A DNA stretch of 64,000 bases from Felis catus (Eukaryota), in contig NC_058368.1 of assembly GCF_018350175.1 (NCBI RefSeq), positions 68,326,001 to 68,390,000 of the forward strand. Direction: 5' to 3'. Position 1 is the stretch's first letter, and each line of letters begins with the position of its first letter. The translations under genes and the position numbers were made by a program. The notes beneath the pieces were generated by a model, which did not search any database, was not told the origin of the DNA, and worked only from the letters and a program-made list of their open reading frames with translations. Below are positions 37,841 to 50,780 of the stretch, in pieces.

Positions 37841-39454
37841 GTATCCAACAAATATTTTCAATAATTCATTCAACAAACATTTACCACAAACTCCTATCTG
37901 TGGTGCACTGTGACTAACACAGGTAAACACACATGCATATGGTGCACACACACATGCTCCCCAACCTTAAGATTTAAGAAAACAAAGGTCGTCTATATCT
38001 CCATCTATCTGACAAATCTCTACCTGCCTTGTTCTCATTACAATAGCCTTGGGAAAATGTTATGGCTTTGTTGGAGGGTGGGTGTGGGAATTACGAAACA
38101 AAACCTTTTGCACATTTATAACCTGTTACACACACAGTACTCCTTCTCTGTTGATCTGATAAAGTCTTGAATTGCCATACTGAAATAAAACTGGGTGTAT
38201 GCATGTTGTGGCAAACACGCATATTGATAGAATTTCTGCCCACTGGACGCCTGCGTGGTATTTGGTGATAAATGGCACCTGAAGCCATGTGGAACAGCTC
38301 AAGGGGCAGAAATTAGACTGGCAGCTGCAGATTGCAGATTGTGGCAAGAAGCCAGCCAGGTTCACATATTGCCAAAACCTCAGTCAGCCCAGAAATTAAG
38401 TGTTAAGCAGGCAGGATATTGTGCACACCCTGAGCTAAAAGTGAAAAAAGAAAAGCATCAGATACACAACTTTATTGAATAGATACCCATAACCCAACGC
38501 CTAGCTTAGAACCAGGGGATACCTTGAGCTGGTCTTAAAACTAGGTAACATCTTTGTTCTTCTGTCCCAGTTGGGTGCCATAATAGTTTTGCTCTCCCAT
38601 TTTAGCTAAGAAGGATGAGGCCAGGGACCGGAAAGGAAAACATCCCTAAGGTCACGTTGTACCTTGTTTTCTTTTGTCTCTCCTTACTCAGGCAGACACA
38701 GTAGAGTCTCAAATACTCATGCTTTTTCTCCGAGCGCTTGAGAAGAAGGCTGTCATTACTTTTCCAATCACTAGCTTTGACTTCGCCTGCTCTTTGTTTA
38801 CCTCACTGATGCTTGGAAGGAAGGTCACTCTTGCTCAGCCTGCACACCACTCTGGACTGCCTTTGAGGCAATAGATTAAGGGGAAGGGGAAGGAACACAG
38901 TCTATGCAAAAGGGAGAATGCTCAGTGTTACTCCATCAGCTAGTTGACCGTGTAGAACAGGAATTGCCAACAGTGAGTTGGGGCCCGAATTTTGCAGGTG
39001 GTACATGTAAGTACACTCGTAAGCCTTTCTTAGCGAATGATCACAAACCCAACTGGGTCACTTCTGTATTCCTCTCTGGCTTTTTCTGCATTTCTCCTCA
39101 GACACCGTTGTTTGAAGGAATAGAATTTTAACATGAATACTCAAACTCTGTTTCTTGTGGTCTGACTGAAGTGTGATCAAACTCAGAAGAAAATGAATGC
39201 TTTCCTGCCACGTAAGCCACAGTGCAGGAGGGGGACAAAAACACTCTTAATACCTCTTTACTCTTTTGGATCCCGTGAGCATGTCCTCCATAAACTGCAA
39301 TATCAAATCTTCCATTAGTATACAAGCAACACCATTGACCGTTTATATAAAATTTAAAATGCCAGCGATCACATTACGAAGTCTCTGGCATCTGCTGGCT
39401 CATACCCACTTGATTCACAGCACGATACTGAGTCAAGAAAAACCATTCCGATAC

Positions 39455-39611
39455 TTCAGAAGCTTTAGTGAGCAAACACATCGCCTGCAGAACTTGTAAA
39501 CACAGATTCCTGGGCTCCCCTCAGTTAGTAGATCGACAATGGGAAGGACCTGAGGATTTTCAGCTTTAACAAACTTCAACACTACTGGTCCACAAACCAC
39601 TGAGAGGAACA
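39455..39611. mobile_element. MER5-like DNA transposon relic
   Basis: cttgtaaacacagattcctgggctcccctc...gctttaacaaacttc...ctggtccacaaaccact. Confidence 0.6.
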
Positions 39612-39683
39612 CATCCTAGCTAAACCCTATCAGGTTCCTAAACAACATGTATGCACACCCACGCACACACTTTCTCTCTCTCT

Positions 39684-39688
<5 letters not shown>

Positions 39689-39729
<41 letters not shown>
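39689..39729. repeat. (CA)n microsatellite
   Basis: About 20 units. Confidence 0.95.
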
Positions 39730-39733
<4 letters not shown>

Positions 39734-40956
39734 CTGCCTTTATTTAAGGTGGGGCATTTTGTAGGTTCATTTCAGCACAGAGTGGTAACACATCTTCTTT
39801 ACAAGACACTTCAACTGCCTTCAAGGAAATAGCAGAGAGAGTTAGAGGCCATTAGGATAGACCGTTGAGAACATCCCTGACTTTAAAACCCCACACAGAG
39901 GAGAAGCCGTTAATGCAGACATCCATTCTATGCTTACTAGGAACACAGTATTGCTGACACGTTGCTTTAGAAAGACCATTTAAAACCTGTAGTCAATTGA
40001 TAATTATTAATATTTATTACTGCTCTGATGAGGCCCCAAGCAGATATTTACTTTCTAAAGGTTGGTAATAAAATCAGATAAACTGATAAACAATTAGTCA
40101 TTTGGGGGACTTTCTCCCTGTTTAATTTGTTTCTCACTGCTATCCCGCCCTTCTGTGTATATATGTTATGTGTATGTGCATTTGTGTATATATCATTTGT
40201 GTGTATGAATATTACATATCTTATATATATATAAATATATAATATATAATAATACACATGTAGTTTTGAATAGAATATATAGAGAATGTATATTTTATAT
40301 ATGGTTGTGAAAATAATTGTATAACATCACATATGTGTATATATATTCTAGTTTTGCTAGCTAAGTTATGAGGAAGAAATAAATTTCTCTCTCCATCCCT
40401 TTCTTCTTTGGAGCAACACAATCATATCATTAATTGTGCCAACAATTATAAAGGATCTAGTTATTTGGGAACAGTTATTCAGAATGAATTGTTCCTTAGT
40501 GCCTGTACACATGGATTGGTTTGATGGGAGAGCAGGAAGTCTGTAGGTCAGTGCAATATTTCTTGTTGCATTTTGCTGTCAGAGGCTTTCACTCTTGCCC
40601 TTGAAAGGCTGGGAAGTGCTGGATAAACCACATTATGCTGGTCCTTATCTTTCTTATGGGTATTAAGGACAGATATTCTCATTAACTCTCAGCTTGTGAA
40701 TTATGGGCCAGCCATTTACTGTACAGAATAATAAATCGTCCAGAACTATGTGTGCACACAGCTACTGGCTCTAAATACTGGCTTTACTGCCCAACGCAGT
40801 TCACTTGTTCATACAAGCCAAACTGGAGACCCAGAGGCTGGACTTATTAATTGAAAATGCATCCTGATTGTGGGTGTTTTTTTTTTTTTTTTTGCAATTT
40901 AGCAATTAATAATTTTTCAAATAATTTTTCTTTAGTGTAATTTTAATGCTGGCATG

Positions 40957-40957
<1 letters not shown>

Positions 40958-40999
<42 letters not shown>
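40958..40999. repeat. (TA)21 microsatellite
   Basis: Pure TA tract. Confidence 0.95.
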
Positions 41000-41001
<2 letters not shown>

Positions 41002-41549
41002 ATGTTATACATGTTATATAAATATACACACACACACACAGAAACTTAGACAAATATAAGTCAGACTTAACGCTTTCATGTTTTACTTACATACCTGCCT
41101 TATAGAGGTAACAGATTCTTGATGGGACATCATATTTATTTTATAGGAGTAGCAAATTGTCTTATAACACTTTGCTTGCCACAACATATGGAAAAACTAT
41201 AATGCAAAACAAACAGCGCGTGATTTTTTTGGTGGGGATAAAATAGGAGGTATTAGGGAAGAAAACCTAGAGGATTCTGTGTTGCAGTGAGTATTCAATA
41301 GATTGGTATTGAATATGGATTGATTAATTATCGTGCAGTGACTGTCAGAAACCGATAGAAGGTTGAGATGGGGAACTTCTCTGAAAGTATTCTGGTCACC
41401 CCATGGAGAGTAGCCTGGAGGAGGTTAGACGCGTTTGGTCAGCTACGTCCCTGAAAGGCAGGCAGTGCTGTGTTTGGTAGTTAATCCGTTGGCGGAATGG
41501 CTGGTGAGATCAGCAAACTCAAGGAGACATGCATGCCCCACTTTTCAAA

Positions 41550-41900
41550 AGTTTGCGTCGCAAAAGACCTACTACGTCGGTATCTGTTTTCACTAACCAG
41601 GAGAAATCTGAGGAGGATTTTCACTTTTACGGAAAAAGGCAAAACGTGCAAGTAAGCATTCAACCTCGGTTGAGCATCCGCGGAGCATCCGCGGAGGCGG
41701 GGCGCGCCCTGAGTAGCGCGCCCGGAGCTGCCCCGTCAGGCTCCTTCCCTGGGGACCGCGCTCAGCACCTCCGCCTCCAGCTGCCAGAGCTTTGCGCGGT
41801 GTCTGTGCGCATCTGGGCTTTGTCTCGGTTTGTTTCGTGCATCCGTTAGCAAGATGTGCGCTAAGGTATCAGAAAAGCCTGGGAGACGTGATTTTTCGGA
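41550..41900. promoter_or_regulatory. Small CpG-rich promoter/enhancer-like island
   Basis: Only non-repeat CpG cluster seen in the window; GC box gaggcggggc at 41694-41703, ggcgcgcc, tandem gagcatccgcg x2. Confidence 0.55.
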
Positions 41901-42433
41901 TCTAGGTAGGCTTACAATGTTTCCCATGAAAATTAATGGAAGTTGCTTTTTCGCCTTTCGCCATTTTGGCTTGGGAAAGTTTCCGTAAGAGCACCCTTTC
42001 AGACAGCGAGGGCAACCTGTACATTAAAAGCAAGAGTCAGCTTTAGAAAGAATTTGAGAAACCGACGTGAGCATTCTCATGATGCAATCACTCAGCTATT
42101 CATAGAAGTATCAAATAAGCAGACCAAAATGGCTGAGGGGGTAGAGGAGAAGAAACCCAATGATTCCAGACCCGCATCCAGAGGGCATATGTGCAGTTTA
42201 GGAATACTGCGGTGAACAAATGTTCATCACTTCCTCTATGAAGGTGCCAAGCCTCCCAAGATTTTGTCAGCTTTGGCCTGTTACAGAGCAGGCATCCTGT
42301 CCTCTCTCACACAGTGAGGGATCTTGACATGACTGCTTTTGATACCTGTAACCCCAGCTTGACTTAAAAAAGTCCTCGAGAAGTTAGGCATCAACCTTAG
42401 ACAAGACTACCAGAAACTACAATGTAAATACAT

Positions 42434-42437
<4 letters not shown>

Positions 42438-42477
<40 letters not shown>
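42438..42477. repeat. (TG)20 microsatellite
   Basis: Pure TG tract. Confidence 0.95.
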
Positions 42478-42482
<5 letters not shown>

Positions 42483-43226
42483 TGCAAGGAGGCCATCTTG
42501 CCCTTAGCTTTTACTTCCAACAAGGATGGGCCATGAACAAGAAAGGTCAGACACTAGCTATGAAATACCACAAATCTATGTGGGTATAATCACAACCAAG
42601 TCTAGGCTTCTAGTTCTTTCTTTGCTGTATCTTTGCTCTTCTTTCACACTTGGTGAAGTCTTTCTTGTTTGTTTTATTTCATGGTGCCTCAGCTTTGCTC
42701 AGGATCACAAGGGAAGACCTTTGGGTTCATGCATAGGCCAGAGTTTGATATGGACAGTAGCACACATCTGCAGCCGAGTTATGGGTGCAGGCCATTCCAA
42801 TCAAGGTGAGAGGGACCTAAGAGGAAAGTGAAATTCAGCAAGGCTATCAGAGTGGTGCTATCTAAGTGCTACTTAGATCAGCAACTACTGGCCCCCCACC
42901 CATCCCCAATCTGGAGATTCACCATCCAGAGGTAAAGGTTTGCCTTATTTCAGTAGGGTTTGTGAGATGCCTAATTCCGGTGCATACCAGCAACATGGAA
43001 TGGTAGATTCAGCACTCTTCAGCTCTAAATTCTAAACAAACCCGGTTAAAAAAGAACAAGAGAGCAATGCTATGTTTGTCAGAAGGAAAAAATAGACCTC
43101 AGAGCAAAAAAGCTATGCGGTTATTGAGCCATGGTCAGCAAATACTCGGAATATTGTAAAGAGAAAAATGTTTATAATACATATAAATAGAGAGAAATCA
43201 AAAATTCTATGTTGGAGTTAAATATT

Positions 43227-43344
43227 GGGTGGCTCAGTTGGTTAAGCATTTAACTCTTGATTTTAGCTCAGGTCATGGGTCTTACAGTTCATGGGATTGA
43301 GCCCCATGTCAGGCTCTGCACTGATGGGGCAGAACCTGCTTGGG

Positions 43345-43402
<58 letters not shown>

Positions 43403-43444
43403 AAAAATAAGTAAATAAAAACTAAAAAAAAAAGAAAAGAAAAA
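43227..43444 (+). mobile_element. CAN-SINE missing the first ~9 nt
   Basis: gggtggctcagttggttaagc..., (CT)n, A tail. Confidence 0.93.
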
Positions 43445-43736
43445 TTGTCCTAAGGTCACAGGGATGAGGAAATAATACAATGAGATTTATTAAGCATCTT
43501 CTGTGGGCCACACCTGGTGCTAGAAAGCAGTAAGTTATACAGGTGCATCTTTCTACAGGTACTTTGATATTTATGCATTGGCATGGAAGGTACACTCAAT
43601 GAGAAGGACATTCCCCCAAGTTATTGTAATGTTGGCAAAAGAGGTCCTTCCCCGCTAAAGTAGACTGTGGTCTCGAGTGCCATCTTGAGAAGTTCGAAAT
43701 TTGTTCTATGGGAACAGACTGTTACTGGAACTTTTT

Positions 43737-43937
43737 TTTTTTAATGTTTATTTATTTTTGTTAGAAAGAACACAAGGGAGGTAGGAGAAGAGAGAGAGGG
43801 AGACACAGAATCCGAAGCAGGCTCCAGGCTCCGAGCTGGCAGCACAGAGCCCGACGCGGGGCTAGAACCCACAGACCGTGAGATCGTGACCTAAGCTGAA
43901 GTCGGATGCCTAACCGACTAAGCCACCCAGGCTCCCC
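43737..43937 (-). mobile_element. CAN-SINE
   Basis: TSD tactggaacttttt at 43723-43736 and 43938-43951. Confidence 0.97.
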
Positions 43938-46900
43938 TACTGGAACTTTTTGAGGTAGCCAACAACTATCTCAAAGTTTCATATTGGAAAGGCTAGTCTG
44001 ACAGCAGTGTGTAAAAATGCATCTGAGTTTAGAGGTCATTCGCAGGGAGACAGTGAATTGAGGGTTTGGACATTTCGAGTGTGAGGAGTTGGCAGAACAT
44101 CCGCGCGAGGGTGAGTGTGATCACTGTTGCAAGTGCAGGATGTAAAAGGAGAATAGAGATGGAAATGTAAAGCAGTGGAATGTTCCTGTCACAGTGTAGG
44201 AGTGAATGTGAGGGCAGATCCAGGAACACAGGTGAGGGAACTCGTGGCCCTTTGACTCTCAGACTTGCCCCGAGATCAAGCAGGTATATTTCCCTTATTA
44301 GAACCCCTGATCTTACTTACACTGTTTTTTTTTCGGAAGGACGTTTGAATCCTTGCCTAGCTCAACAAGATTGCAATTCAAGTTGAGGCTCTGGAAAAAA
44401 GCCAAGATGAATCATAAACTACAGGCCTCAATGACCTATTGTCCAATCCCAGAATGGAACTGTGGTTATTGGAATGTATTGCTGAATAACATGATTTATT
44501 TTAAAAGCCTGCGTTTAGAGCAGGAGACTAAAGCAAAGAATCAGAACCACAAGATCAGAAAGCAGAGTGGGCAGAGGGCACGCACGGAGATTGGTCTCAG
44601 TGGCAGGCATGGCACACGATTCCCAGAACAGGTTCAGATTTGGAACGGTAGCAGTTAGAACTGAGGGAGGATGGATGTACCAAATGGAAGAAGTAAGTAA
44701 GTATCAAGGAATAAGAAGCTGGAAAGAGAAAATGGGTAGTAGAGATTAGGGATCCATGCTGAGGGCTGACAGAATAGATAGAAAGCAGCAGTAGATACTG
44801 CACACGCTATATGCCAAGTATTTGCTTCAGCTGAAGGGAAGGGTGATCATCCTGCATTAGTAAGAACCAGCAGCCTTAGCTGGGCAGCCCAAGTCTTGCA
44901 GAAAGAGATGAATAGGAGGCAGAGAGCTGGACAGGGCGGATCTTGACACATGCATTCCAGACAAGAACTCCATTTCCTGGAGTTAGAGAGAAATAATCTT
45001 TCTTAATTCCTTCCCCCTCTCCTTAGTCCAGAACTGCAGGTCTTAACTTTTGGGAAAGAGGCACTTTCAGAGTTGAGTGAAAGCCAGAGACTCGCTCCTC
45101 ACAGAACTGCAAAGTCTCATGAACCCTCAGATACTTCCCATTGTTACAGCGGTTTGCAAACTCCTCTCAACACCGCTAGTCCAGGGTGAGAATAAGGCAG
45201 CTCTTGTGCAGCACACCCTAGCTTCTGGGGGGGAAAGTTAAAGGCTCTGCTTCACTATCCACTGTATGGACAGCAGACAGAAGACAGGGTGGGGATGAGC
45301 TCTGTTCCCTCCTCTCGAATGTTCCTAGCTGCACATGTATGCACGGGAGAGCTGGTTCTGGCAGTGACAATCTTAACTGTGAAGTGAGGGGAAGGAAGAG
45401 ATATTAATCACAGCACAACAAAACACTAGCAGCAGCAACCACCACAACTACCACCAAGCACTTCAGGCTTATTAAGTACCAGCCAGTATAGGATATACTT
45501 TACCTTGCTGTATAAACATTATTACAGCTAATTTACTGATAAGGAAATAGTCTGGAAGGAGTTGGGACATACCCTGAGGTAGATAGCTATGTCTGTCTCG
45601 CGATGAGGAATTCTTCCTTCCATACCTGCAGTGCCCATATCTTGCTTGTGGACACACTCTCTTCTTTCTGCACTTTAAGAAGCAAACAAATTAATCTCAA
45701 CATGTGAGAGTTTTCCTATTAGGTGTTAGTTGCCAAGCTAAATAAGGCTGCCACGAGTGCATAAATGCCTCTGTGAAAATTAGTAAAAGGCACTCCTTCT
45801 TCCAGTGGGTTGCAGCCCAATGCCAGGGCATACAGCTGTGCAAGTGAAGCCAAATTTCAGCCCCTCATCTCTTGGTCAGTTGCCCTTGTGCAGTGAACAA
45901 CCTACCCAACTGTACCCAGCAGCCTTGTGTCAAATTCTCCAGAATGCTATCAGAGGTGAAGAGCCAAGGGCAAAGCTTTGTTCTCAGGAAAAGCTGTAGT
46001 GTATTCATAACAGTTTCTTAGCATTCTTGATATTCAGTAGCTGTATCTTCTTAAACAAATTGCTCTGGAAGTTTACTCTTTTGAAAAAAGCATACACTAT
46101 AAAAATGGAAAGATAAAACTCTCAACAGGAAACCAGAGAAGATCATAACTCTGCTGCAGTTCAGCAAATGAAAATATATCAATAATGAGATGAAGCCCAA
46201 TTCAAAACAACTTATGTTGTCTTTGGGCCTCAAAAATAATCTCTTTCCCATTATTAGGGGAAATGTGAACCTTCTTTCATTTCTTGCAAATCCAAATCTT
46301 GTTTTCAAGAGATGATCATGTTTCGCTAAAATTGCTTCCACTTAGCTATTATAGTGGAATGACAAATATGTTATTGTTGGTGTTTATTGGCATTATTATT
46401 AGTCAGTTGTCAAACCTTGAAGGAAAAATCATGGACTAAAACCCTGAAAAAGTAATCTTATTTTCATAAATATGTTCCCAAATAATTATCTCGTGTCCAA
46501 TATCCGCATAGCCTTAATATAAACTTCTCATGTGGAACAGGAATGGTTGTAGATAACCTAGAAATCTGTTAGGGAAATAAATAGAAATTGAAGGCAAATT
46601 TTGTGATGTATTAGCATCCATATTGATGGTGAACTTTCAAGCTTGTCTCAGCTATACTGTTGTGTTTTTTTTTTTTCTGGAATCTGATGCTTTTCTTCAG
46701 AGAACATAATAAATTTACCAATCTAGCCCCGATGCTGCCCCCAAGTTTCGTCTGGTTATATATGCTAACGTTCAAGCAAAAAAGGCTATTGAATTATTTA
46801 AGAAGCTGAAGGCGGTAAAATTATCGCAGAGTTAAGGATTGCCAATTTTCTCCATACTCTCCAAAATGGTTGCCATGAACACGTCACATCATTGCCAGAC

Positions 46901-48154
46901 ATAATGAATTTTCTTTGTTCCTATTCAGCTTTAGTGTCTTTCCTTGCACATGGATGTGTGGCCATGAGCTGCTGAGTGGCCCTTGGCCAGCTCTAAAATG
47001 ATAGACATGCAAAGGGAGATTTGGAATTTGGGAAGTTTTAGTGGACAAGGCTAATCAGATACTCACTTAAAATCACTCATTTTAGGTAGAGGGAGGAGAA
47101 ACCCTCCAAATACCTCAATACTGAAATTTCTGGGTCCCTATTGTGAAGGGAGAGGAAAAATATGCACAGAAACTGTCTATGGTAAGAAAGATAAACTCTG
47201 AGAGAGGCCAGAAATTCTCATCTATAAGAACAGACAGAGCATCGGACCCGGAATAATTTATGAGTAAGTTGAGTAAATTATTTCAAGCCATATGATCAAA
47301 TGAGGACAAAATAGAACACATTATTTGTTGAAGGAACAAAGAGGCTTATGAACTAAGAGTCTAAAGTGGGTATGTGGATAGGACACAAAAATGTGAAAAC
47401 AGAATGTATGGCACCGAATGAGCCCTTCGTGCACAAAGCTGTGTGTTGGGATCACTTCTTTCTTAGGAACCAATGATGTAGCTAGTCTTTGGGGTCCTGA
47501 ACTGGCCTGATTTGCCTCCATCATGGGTCATGACTCTGCCCTCCTTCCCTCTTGTCCCATTTGGACAGCAACACCCTACCAGCTAAACATCACAAAGTCT
47601 GGCTAGTGGTTTTATTTTTTACCCAGTGTTTTGGTGTTATACAGGCTGAAGCGATCTCTGACGCATTCCCCCTTCTCTTCATTTCTTTCTCTGGGTTTGA
47701 AATTCAAAACAGTTTTTATTTTTCTATGAAGAAATTGTGAATCCCACAGCTGATTACCACCATAACGATGCGGGGGGGGGGGGAGGGGTTAGACAAATAA
47801 AAGTGTCTCTTCTCTCTTGTGAAAGGAAGAAGAATCTCCCAGGGGCTCAGGCAATGATAACTTGGTTTATGGACAGGATGGAGCCACTGAATCTTTGCAA
47901 AGCAAGTGGAGACAATATAAAGCAGTTCCTTTTGCTGGGGGATTAGCAGCATGGTTTTCAGTCATGAGAACTCAAACAGGAGGGGGAGGCGTGATTAAGC
48001 AGAGCCCAGAAGCAATGTGTGGAAGAACTTTGCATCTCAAGATCACATGAAAGCTATTATTGATTGGATTGAGAAGAGCGTACTTAAAACCATCATATTT
48101 ATTGTGTCACTGATCTTCACGATGAACTCCCACCATGCTACACCCCAGACTCAC

Positions 48155-48176
48155 CAGTGAGCTTAATGACAACACC
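48155..48176 (-). other. Candidate 22-nt microexon
   Basis: ctttttctactgagtctttctttcttcAG|GGTGTTGTCATTAAGCTCACTG|GTGAGT. Confidence 0.25.
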
Positions 48177-49774
48177 CTGAAGAAAGAAAGACTCAGTAGA
48201 AAAAGTGGAGGACAGCCAGGCCCTGGAGGCCTCCTCGATCTTAATATTTTCAAGTTTTCCCTGCTCTCGCCCTTTGATTCATCACTAATGGGAGATTGGA
48301 GACTGAGGCCGAAATTCACTTCCTGCTGAGAAGAAAGGAGCTTTGATATGAATAAATAAACAGCATATTTATTTGTATTGATATCTGCTTTATCTCCTCA
48401 TGAGGATCTGGGGAAAGATTAATGGTAGTAATGAAAACCCTTTGGAAATGAATATGACCTGCTTAAACTGACCTGTCTGGTGAAAGTCAGTGCTTGGGGG
48501 GTGGAGTTAGCAGACGTTGCACAGAGCGGGAGAAAAGGCAAGGAGTTGCAATCCTCTCTTCAGGAAGTGAGCTTTTGAGATTTGTAACTTTTTAATTTTT
48601 ATCTCCTTATTTTTGTCAAAGGGGAGGTAGAGAGCTGGATAAAATATTACGTACTAAAGTAGACTATTATAAATACGCCTACCCACCACGTCATAGGACA
48701 TCGTTCAGCTAACACACGATAACGTTATTCTTGCTTGTGGACAGATAAAATGACTTGGCTTTGCTTAGAAAGCGGTGGAGAGTGGATTTCTGTTTCAAAC
48801 AACTGATTAGCGGGCTAAAAAGCATTGTTCAAGATACATTTTATAGATGTTACACATTATCCTCAAGGAACCATAAATTAGATGTCTCACGTTGGACCTG
48901 AAAACTAGAACTTTATCAACTGACTGAGTTAGTTAGACCTGATTCTCTAATTCTGCTGTATTCTCTACCAAGCCTATCCTCAAAGAAGTGATGGAAACGG
49001 TGCTCCATGCAATGAAACCCTAAAACCTGCCTAATGAAAAGATAACAAGGATTGAATGCTTTTGAGATAAAGTGCAGTATTTGGGAAACCTCCTTTGTAT
49101 ATTGGTGCTGTGATCCTGGAGAGAGCCTCCTGGGAATTTGTCGGTGATCAAGACAGTTTGCAAGAGAGATAGATGCTCACTTATACTGGTGACAAAGGCT
49201 GTGCCTTTAATCAAAGTGGGCCTGATTACAGAATTTAGAGCCATACTGGTTCTCAAAAATAATCTAATCTCTAGCAGATGAGGAAACCACTGAGATCCGT
49301 GTTGGTCACATTTTGGTGTGCTTACAAAGCTCAGTTCCGTGAAATTGGGTCAGCCTGATTCAGTCAGTCGAGATCTACTGACGCAGCCACTTCATATGGT
49401 TCGCCCAAATTGAATCCGAGCTGCAGATGGGCAAAGAGAACAGGAACCAGAGGCTTTGACTGTGCTAGTGCTTGTGGACTTGCTAACATTCTCCTTCCGA
49501 GGTCACCCAGAGTTCAACGAAAGATAAAATGACAGACAAGAGAGAAGCTCACATGAACAGGAAAGCAGTATAGGGGCACACATACCCAGAGATAACGAGA
49601 CGCAGTGAAAAAAGGGAAGCCCGTATTTCCTTGAGCACCTGCTATAACCTGCACAATTCTACACACATGCACGCATGCATGCACACACACGTGCACGTGT
49701 ATTTCTCACAAAAGTATTGTTCCTCCCATTTGGCATATGCAGAAACTGAGATTCAGAGTTAAAAGAATTTTCCA

Positions 49775-50002
49775 GGGGCACCTGGGTGGCTCAGTCTGCT
49801 AAGCGTCTGACTCTTGATTTCGGCTCAGGTCATGATCTCATGGCTCATGGGATCTAGCCCCACGTCAGGCGCTGCCCTGGCAGCACAGAGCCTGCTTGGA
49901 ATTCTCTCTCCCTCTCTCTCTCTCTCTGTCCCTCCCCTACTCGCTCTCTCTCTCTAGTTCTCTCTGTCTAGCTCTCTCTCAAAATAAATAAACTTAATAA
50001 AA
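49775..50002 (+). mobile_element. CAN-SINE inserted in an antisense MIR
   Basis: TSD aaaagaattttc[c/t]a at 49761 and 50003; flanking MIR cccatttggcatatgcagaaactgag. Confidence 0.95.
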
Positions 50003-50034
50003 AAAAGAATTTTCTAAAGGTCCCATTGATAGCA

Positions 50035-50780
50035 GAAACCAGATCATGGCCACTCCCTTGCTTAAAAAAAAAAAGAACAAAACACAACCGCAAAAACCAG
50101 TGGCTGCCCATTGCTCTGACAGCCACACTGTATACCACATCCTTTGAGGCTCCATGACATGGCGCCTTCTGTGCCTCCTCTCTCCCCTCACAGCACTCCA
50201 GCCACATTGACAGCTTTGTCATTCTCTGAATTCGACAGGGCTTTCTCCCCCCTGCTCCCTTGCACTCACTGATTCCTACAACAAGAAGGCCTCTTTTCCT
50301 AGCGCTCTGCCTGGATGCTTCATTGTCTTCCTTCATGTCTCAATGTCCCCTCTTTCATTCTGCTGTAGCTCATCGGCCTGTTTATTTTCTGGATAGAACT
50401 TACCACAGCCTATCACATTTTATGTATCTGCTATCATGTTTATCTGCTTGCTTTTGAATTTGTCCCAAGATTGTAAGTTTCTTTTCTTTTAAGTTTATTT
50501 GTTTATTTTGAGGGGGAGGGGTGGAACAGAGACAGAGGGACACAGAGAATCCTAAGAAGGTTCTGCACTGTCAGCGTGGAGCCCGACACGGGGCTCGAAC
50601 TCAAGAACCGTGAGATCATGACCCGAGCTGAAACCAAGAGTCGGTCACTTAACCGACTGGGCCACCCAGGCACCCCAAGATTGTAAGTTTCTTGATGTCA
50701 AAACATCTATTTTATTTGGCTTTCTATTCCTAGAATGCAGCACATGCCTAGCACATAGTAGGTTACTATTCATTAGATAA
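50035..50780 (+). mobile_element. L2 3' region, interrupted by a SINE
   Basis: cagatcatggccactcccttgcttaaaa, cactccagccacattg, gcacatgcctagcacatagtaggtt. Confidence 0.75.
50484..50676 (-). mobile_element. CAN-SINE
   Basis: Perfect 17-bp TSD aagattgtaagtttctt at 50467-50483 and 50677-50693. Confidence 0.97.

Noticed and set aside
46869..46886. RFX X-box-like gttgccatgaac next to a half-CRE
   Set aside because: The second half-site does not fit RGYAAC, so it is too weak to call.
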